64,000 nucleotides of DNA from the human T2T-CHM13v2.0 reference genome, Homo sapiens: NCBI RefSeq assembly GCF_009914755.1, contig NC_060936.1. One strand, given 5' to 3'. Shown here in pieces: positions 48,024 to 64,000 of the stretch. The notes beneath the pieces are model-generated. The model had not been told where the DNA came from and did not search any database. It was given only the letters and a program-made list of their open reading frames with translations. The translations under genes and the position numbers were made by a program. Within the stretch, counting starts at the first letter, position 1; every line of letters starts with the position of its first letter.

Positions 48024-49397
48024 TTTATAATAGAAAATGCGGTACAACTGGCCGGGCACGGTGGCTCACGGCTGTAATCCCAGCACTTTGGGAGGCCGAG
48101 GCAGGCGGATCACGAGGTCAGGAGATCGAGACCATCTTGGCTAACACGGTGAAACCCCGTCTCTACTAAAAATACAAAAAATTAGCCGGGCGCGGTGGCG
48201 GGCGCCTGTAATCCCAGCTACTCAGGAGGCTGAAGCAGGAGAATGGCGTGAACCCGGGAGGCGGAGCTTGCAGTGAGCCTAGATAGCGCCACTGCAGTCC
48301 AGCCTGGGCGAAAGAGCGAGACTCCGTCTCGAAAAAAATAAAATAAAATAAAAAAGAAAATGCGGTACAACCTAAATCTCCTCAGACTATCAACCTAAGT
48401 AGGGGAATGAGATATTACACACTGCTGAAAAATAATAATTTAGAGGATTATGCAACAGTGTTGAATGTTTATAGTGAGTTAAGCTTTTTTTTTTTTTTTT
48501 TTTTTTTGAGACGGAGTTGTGCTCTTGCTGCCTGGACTGGAGTAAAATGGCACAATCCCGGCTCACCACAACTTCCTCCTCCCAGGTTCAAGTGATTGTC
48601 CTGCCTCATCCTCCTGAGTAGCTGGGATTACAGGCATGCGCCACCACACCCAGCTAATTTTGTATCTTTAGTAGAGACGGGCTTTCTCCATGTTGGTCAG
48701 GCTGGTCTCGAACTACCGACCTCAAGTGATCCGCTCTCCTTGGCCTCCCAAAGGGCTGGGATTACAGGCGTAAGCCACCGCGCCCGGCCGAGTTAAGCTT
48801 TTAAAAAGTGAAAGTGCATGTACATTTGATTATAGCTATGTAAAATAAAAATATATATAATATACAAACATAAATGCACACACATATATATAGCACATAT
48901 TTGAGCAAAGACCAAAAGTAAGTGCACTAAAATAGGCATTAGGATGGTGAAATAATATGAGATGTAGTTTGCTTTTCTGTTCTTCAATTTTGTTTAATGT
49001 ACTATATATTTACTACAAATTTTTAAAAGATGCTTAAGTGAAAATCTATAGGTTAAGCTTAAGCCCTAGAGAGAATGCCATTATTACTGCATAACTAATT
49101 TTGTTTCTCATTCTTTTAAGTGCCAATCAGATACCAATCACTCTGTTAAGTGTTGGGGATATAAAGATGAGAGTAATCATAGTCCCTACCCTCAAGAAGC
49201 TTACAGCCTAGTTTGGAAACACTGATTAATAAAGTGAGTAATTAAAATATTAAAATCTGCAGGGCACAGTGGCATACAACTGTAATCCCAGCACTTTGGG
49301 AAGTCAAAGTGGGCAGATCACTTGAGCCCAGGAGCTCGAGACCAGCCTGGGCAACATGGCGAAACCCCATCTCTACAAAAAATACAAAAATTAGCTA

Positions 49398-49568
<171 letters not shown>

Positions 49569-50435
49569 CTAAGTGTAGAGATGCTTTTCTGCCTAGACAA
49601 TTCAAACAAGGGAAAAAAGGGCCAGGCGCAGTGGCTCACAACTTTAATCCCAGCTACTCACGAGGCTGAGGCACAGGAATCACTTGAACCCAGGAGGCGA
49701 AGGTTGCAGTGAGCCGAGATTGCGCCCCTGAACTCCAGACTGGGCAACAGAGTGAAACTCTGTCTCAAAAAAACAAAACAAAACAAAACAAAAGAAGGGA
49801 AAATAACCCTAGCGCTGAGGTTGGAAATACAAATCAGACTTTGCCAGGCCAACAAGACTGAAAAAAAATTTCAATCACAATAGTAGGTTTAAAGACACTG
49901 AATCATTAGAGAACTTAGTATGTTGGGGATTTGAAAGTAGATTCATATAGCTGATGCATGGAATGCTTTTAGAGAATGTCAGGAATTGAGGCAGGACCAT
50001 TAAATAGCTATTGATTAATAAAAACCTTTTCAAGCCATGCTAAGAAGTTTAGATTTTAGCATATTAACAATGCGGACATTGAAGAATTTTGCACATTGTA
50101 CAGAAGTCTATGAAAGGGGCAATCAGGACAGCAGCGCTGAGGACTGAAAAGACATCATGGATTTAAAGAATACGAGATTAAAACAGGACTTTTAGTTGTG
50201 AATTGAGAGAGAAACAGAGAGTAATGGGAGTCTCCTTTACAAAGAAAAGAAAACCTAAGAAGTATTTCAAGAAGGAGTGGGTAATAAGTTTAACAATGGC
50301 TCTTTTGTATTGGAGGTGTCTATGAAACATCCAGGTGGAGGCCGGGCGCGGTGGCTCACGCCTGTAATCCCAGCACTCTAGGAGGCCGAGGTGGATGGAT
50401 CATCTGAGGCCGGGAGTCCGAAACCGGCACGGCTA

Positions 50436-50714
<279 letters not shown>

Positions 50715-50740
50715 TCAGGAGGCCCAGACCATCCTGGCTA

Positions 50741-51085
<345 letters not shown>

Positions 51086-51091
51086 CTACTA

Positions 51092-51429
<338 letters not shown>

Positions 51430-51567
51430 TTAGAAAATCAGTCTGGGAGTAAAATACATACACCTTTAAACTGAAACGCTGGCCGGGCGCGGTGGCTCAC
51501 GCCTGTAATCCCAGCACTTTGGGAGGCTGAGGCAGACAGATCACCTGAGGTCTGGAGTTTGAGACTA

Positions 51568-51855
<288 letters not shown>

Positions 51856-52581
51856 TCACAGATAAAGTGCACAAAATAGTCATTGGTGACTTTAAGCCAA
51901 AGCAGTTTCAGCAGAGGTATGAGATCCAAAGCAAAAGTGCAGTGAATTGAGAAATGAAGGGGAAACAGGGAGGGAGGGCAGTGGTTTTTCCCAAATCTTA
52001 TTGTTAAAGGAAAGAGAACACTTGGGTGGCTGGAAAGGAATGTGAGGCTGGAGGAATCTGGGAGTTGACTTAGGGTTGATTGCTTACTTTGTTTTTAAGT
52101 TTGAGAGGAATGTGATCATATTTGTAACCTGAAGTAAGTGATCAAATAAAGAAGGAGAGTGAGGAAAGTGATTCAGAGACTTCAAGAGGATCTGGAGCCT
52201 AGCAGAATGGATCAGCCTTGGATGGGAGGAGGAGCAGGAGGATTTCCACTTCTGGAGGAGAGGAGAGTCAGTGTGGCTGCTTGACCTTCAGCTCTCCTTT
52301 CTCCACTCCCACTTTCACAGACTCCTTCCAGAGGCCTTGGGAGGGACCATGGCAATGATTAGGATGGTCATATGTTTTTATACTACTTGCAAAACCAAGA
52401 TTGTTTTAGTATTCATTTTCTTTAAAATATCTCCTTCTCCAGTTGTATATGCTCAGCACTACAAAACCTGAATCTGCCCCTAGTAGCTATAAATAGGTTT
52501 CATGGGGAAGGGATAGTGGAGACAAGATTTGATTGCCTTCATTTACATAAAAACAGAAAGCAAAGTCTACATTGAGAGTGA

Positions 52582-52983
<402 letters not shown>

Positions 52984-53815
52984 TAATAGTAGAGATGGGG
53001 TTTCACCATGCTGGCTAGGCTGGTCACGAACTCCTGGCCTCATGATCTGCCCACCTCGGCCTCCCAAAGTGCTGGGATTACAGGCATGAGCCACCGTGCC
53101 CTGCCTTCTTTCTTTTTCTTTTCTTTTCTTTTCTTTCTTTTTTTTTGACAGTCTTGCTCTGTCGCCCAGACTGGAGTGCAGTGGTGCTATGTCAGCTCAC
53201 TGCAAGCTCCTCTTCCCCAGTTCACGCCTACTGCCTCAGCCTCCCGAGTAGCTGGGACTACAGGCGCCTGCCACCACGCCTGGCTAATTATTTGTATTTT
53301 TAGTAGAGACAAGGTTTCACCGTGTTAGCCAGGATGGTCTCAATCTCCTGACCTCGTGATCCGCCTGCCTCGGCCTCCCAAAGTGCTGAGACTACAGGTG
53401 TGAGCCACCGCACCCGGCTTTTTTTTTTTTTTTTTTTTGTATTTTTAGTAGGGGCAGGGTTACGCCATGTTGGCTAGGCTGGTCTCAAACTCCTAGCCTC
53501 AAGTGATCCAGACTTGAGGGACAAGTGTTCCAGACTCCCAAAGTGCTGGGATTACAGGCATGAGCCACTGCGCCTGGCCCATCTATTTTTCCCTCCTTCA
53601 ATGGGAATAACACTTGTTCCTAGCTGCACCATGAAAATATCACATCGGATGCCTAAGAAGAATTCACTATAATTAGAAAATAAGTATACTTTGGGGGCAG
53701 GCATGGTGGCTCACGCCAGTAATCCCAGCACTTTGGGAGGCCGAGGTGGGCAGATCACCTGAGGTCCGGAGTTCAAGACCAGCCTGATCAACATGGAGAA
53801 ACCCCGTCTCTACTA

Positions 53816-53974
<159 letters not shown>

Positions 53975-54435
53975 TCAAAAAAAAAAAGAAAAAGGAAAAG
54001 AAAGAAAAGAAAAGAAGTAACTTTGTTTTCAATAATATTTTTCTTTTTTCAACATCAGCTATATAAACCCCCTGTAAAGTCTATTAAAACATGAAAAATA
54101 AATTAAACGCTATACATTAAATTTCTTACGTTTGTCCCAAACGGGATGAAAGGATATCTGCAATAGAGGGTAACCTGGAAAAGGGAAGCGGAGCCAGAGA
54201 AAACAGAGGAGGGAGTCCATTCAGGGGAGAGGATGATGGCGGTGTTAGAATATTGGTTACATCCAGCCTGGCATGGTGGCTCATGCCTGTAATCCTAGCA
54301 CTTTGGGAGTCCGAAGTGGGTGGATCACAAGGTCAAGAGGTCAAGATCTGCCTGGCCAAGATGGTGAAACCCCGTCTCTACTAAAAACTACAGAAATTAG
54401 CTGGGTGTGGTAGTAGGTGCCTGTAATCTCAGCTA

Positions 54436-54604
<169 letters not shown>

Positions 54605-54659
54605 CTACTAAGTAAATATATTAAAGATAATGGAATCAGAGTTTCTAACTATCAGAGAA

Positions 54660-57660
<3,001 letters not shown>

Positions 57661-57927
57661 TTACAAATAAAGAAACAGAGAAAACTAGAATGACCCTGTG
57701 ATGCCATATTAATAGGATATATTCATATAAATTCACGATTTTCAATATATATGGATAGGTATAGAAATAAATATAGTTGTAAGTGTGTATATGAATATGT
57801 GCATGTATTTGTGTACACATGAATGCACAGATCCTAGCTCTGTCTACCAAGAAAATGTGTTAGTTAAGGCCTACTAATAAGCAGGCACCGAGACAGAATT
57901 CAATGTGCAAGAGATTTATTGGGGGAG

Positions 57928-60102
<2,175 letters not shown>

Positions 60103-60311
60103 AGTAGAAAGTAAGAGAAGGAAGAGAGATTCCTCACGCTGAGATGCAGATCTGACATTTCTAGAAGGAGAGAAGAATGAAGGATTGGAGTAGGACAAGT
60201 CTTGGACTACTGCATTGTTCCAAGAATGAATTTACCAAGCAGATTGGGAGTCCCAAGCCAAAGTTGTCCCCTAGAGGATTCCTGTATTTTGCCAGAACAG
60301 ACCTACCTTAG

Positions 60312-61810
<1,499 letters not shown>

Positions 61811-62624
61811 AGTATGCATGCTATTTGAAAGATAAACCTGTTATAAATATAAGGTTTTATCATTTAAATCCGGAGAGCTCTTTAACATCTTTAACTTGAT
61901 GAGTAGCTACCCTCTTTCTTTTCTACCCGTCCAAGCTTACTTTAATTCATTCACAAGACTGAATGGAATCTCAACATTTAAATACTTAATCTCTTTCTTT
62001 AATCTTTGGCACCAAGGAACTGGATTTCCCCAGTTGTATGAGTCACCCGATAACAAATTTCCCAGCTTAAATAGTTTTAAAGTTGTACTATTAGTAAGGC
62101 AACACTGTTCATTGTGTCTCAGATTCAAGGATTTATAGTAACAATGTGTTTTAGCATGCATATTCTTTTTCAACATATACGTTTTTCTTTGATGCCGTAA
62201 AAAGTCTTTCTGATGTTGAACAGTTTTAATGCAGTTATGCCATGATGGAACCACCCCTCTCCTCACTCCCAGAAAATCACACAGCTTGATATGTTTTTAG
62301 CCTTCATCTGAATTGTAAAACACTGAATTCTTACAGTTTTCTGAAAGAAAAAGAAAAAAACTTGCCATTGCTATTTTGGGAGCATTTGTCCAGATAAATA
62401 AAACACGGTCCTGATCCCACCCTGCCTGTCCTCGCATTTCTGAGAGTGAAGATACAGAACACTGCAGTCAGGGGAGAAAACATATTTTTTTTTCCTTCCC
62501 TGTCAGAATCTGTTCCATTGGGAGGTGAAGTATATGAACCCAATTTTTGCCTTGGAGATAAAGAGAAAAAAATCAATTCTACCAAGATTTACTTTATGTG
62601 AAAGCACTTAAGCAGATTCCCTAG

Positions 62625-63375
62625 ACATGTGTTTCTGAAGGGTTGCACCCTCCAGCCATCTGACTTTTGGCCAAGTCCAGAGACATTTTAGGTTGTCAGA
62701 ACTACGGGGTGGGAGATGCTACTGGCATCTTGTGGGTAGAGGGCAGGGATGTTGCTAAGCATCCTACAACATACTAGACGGTCCCCACAAGCGAGTTGGC
62801 CAAGTGCGATGGCTCATGCCTGTAATCCTAGTGCTTTGGGAGGTGGACATGGGAGGATCTCTCGAGCCCAGGGGTTTGAGACCAGGCCAACAAACAGTGA
62901 GATCTCATCTCTACAAAAAAATAAAAAATTAGCTGGGTGTGGTGGTGCATGCAGGTTGTCCCAGCTATTCAGGAAGCTGAGGCAGGAGGATCACTTGAGC
63001 CCAGGAGGTCAAGGCTGCAGTGAGCTATGATCGCACCACTGCACTCCAGCCTGGGTGACAGAGCAAGACTCTGTCTCTAAAAAAAACACAAAAGCCTAGC
63101 TCAGTGGCTCACCTCTGTAATCCCAGCACTTTGGGAGGCTGAGCCAGCAGGATCACTTGAGCTCAGGAGTTAAAACCAAGCTGGGCAAGACCTCGTCTCT
63201 ACAAAAAAGAAAAAAAAAAAAAAAAAAAAAGGCCAGGCGCAGTGGCTCACAGCTGTAATCCCAGCACTTTGGGAGCCTGAGGCGGGTGGATTCCTTGACC
63301 CCAGGAGGTCGGCTGCAGTGAGATGTGATTGTGCCATTGCACTCTAGCCTGGGCGACAGGAATGAGACCTTGTCT

Positions 63376-63409
<34 letters not shown>

Positions 63410-63436
63410 GTTAGTGCCAAGGCTGAGAAACCCTGT
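62625..63436 (+). mobile_element. MER20-like MITE split by three tandem plus-strand Alu pieces (62798-63405)
   Basis: GATGCTACTGGCATCTTGTGGGTAGAGG...GATGTTGCTAAGCATCCTAC resumes as AGTGCCAAGGCTGAGAAACCCTG. Confidence 0.7.
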
Positions 63437-64000
63437 CCAAGATTAATGCAGAGTACAGAGAAGAAAGAAGACCTCAGGAGGAGGGGGGAAACACCAAGAA
63501 ATACAAACACAAAATTAAAAGAAAAAAAAAAACCTAATAAACAGTGAATTTCACACCGATTTATAAAGATACAGGATTTTAGGGATTAACATTCCTATTT
63601 GGTGGCCTTTCAGGATATTGCGAAGAGGACTTTAAGGTCATTTTGAGTTTTTCTACTACTACATTTTTATCAATTCTTTCACCAAGCATTTCTTGAGCAC
63701 CTACTGTGTGCCAGAGGCTGAGGACACAAAGATGTGAGCTTTTCTCTTCCCTGGGGGAGCTGGGAGATTTTAGTGGTGGAAATACCTATAAATGAAGAAT
63801 TGGAATTCCAAGGACAAGAGGTAAAGGGCAAGAAAAAGAGTTCTTCTCTATACCAAGCACTCCTGCTTACCTCCAGTCATCTTCATTCCGCTCTCACCAG
63901 TGAGTGTTATTCCCTTTTCACAAAAGAAGAAACTGTGAGATTAATAACAAGAGCAGACAAGCAAGTGTCGGGCCCTGTTCTCAATGTTTTAATTAATTAA

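Overview
Human-type, Alu-rich genomic DNA containing the 5' end of LRP6 (Wnt co-receptor) on the minus strand. The CpG-island promoter and exon 1 lie at about 45.5-46.7 kb; coding exon 1 is 45802-45748 and encodes the signal peptide. A 22-kb intron 1 follows, then the 394-nt exon 2 (23730-23337, first YWTD beta-propeller), then part of intron 2 running off the left edge. About 17 kb of repeat-rich upstream sequence lies to the right. Nearly all other ORFs in the supplied track are Alu-derived or GC-rich artefacts. The introns contain a U6 snRNA retrocopy, a UBE2V1 processed pseudogene whose poly(A) tail has become (GGAA)10, a degraded spliced KRAB-zinc-finger retrocopy split by a MER1B transposon, LTR/ERV relics, L1/L2/MIR fragments and dozens of Alus. 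I see no convincing evidence of a wholly new biological system. The best leads are regulatory or evolutionary: a multi-uORF leader whose last uORF is in frame with LRP6 and whose stop overlaps a competing splice donor; an Alu orientation switch around exon 2 that would favour back-splicing; the hidden KRAB retrocopy; and target sites re-used by successive insertions. Repeat family names come from recalled consensus sequences and their boundaries are approximate.
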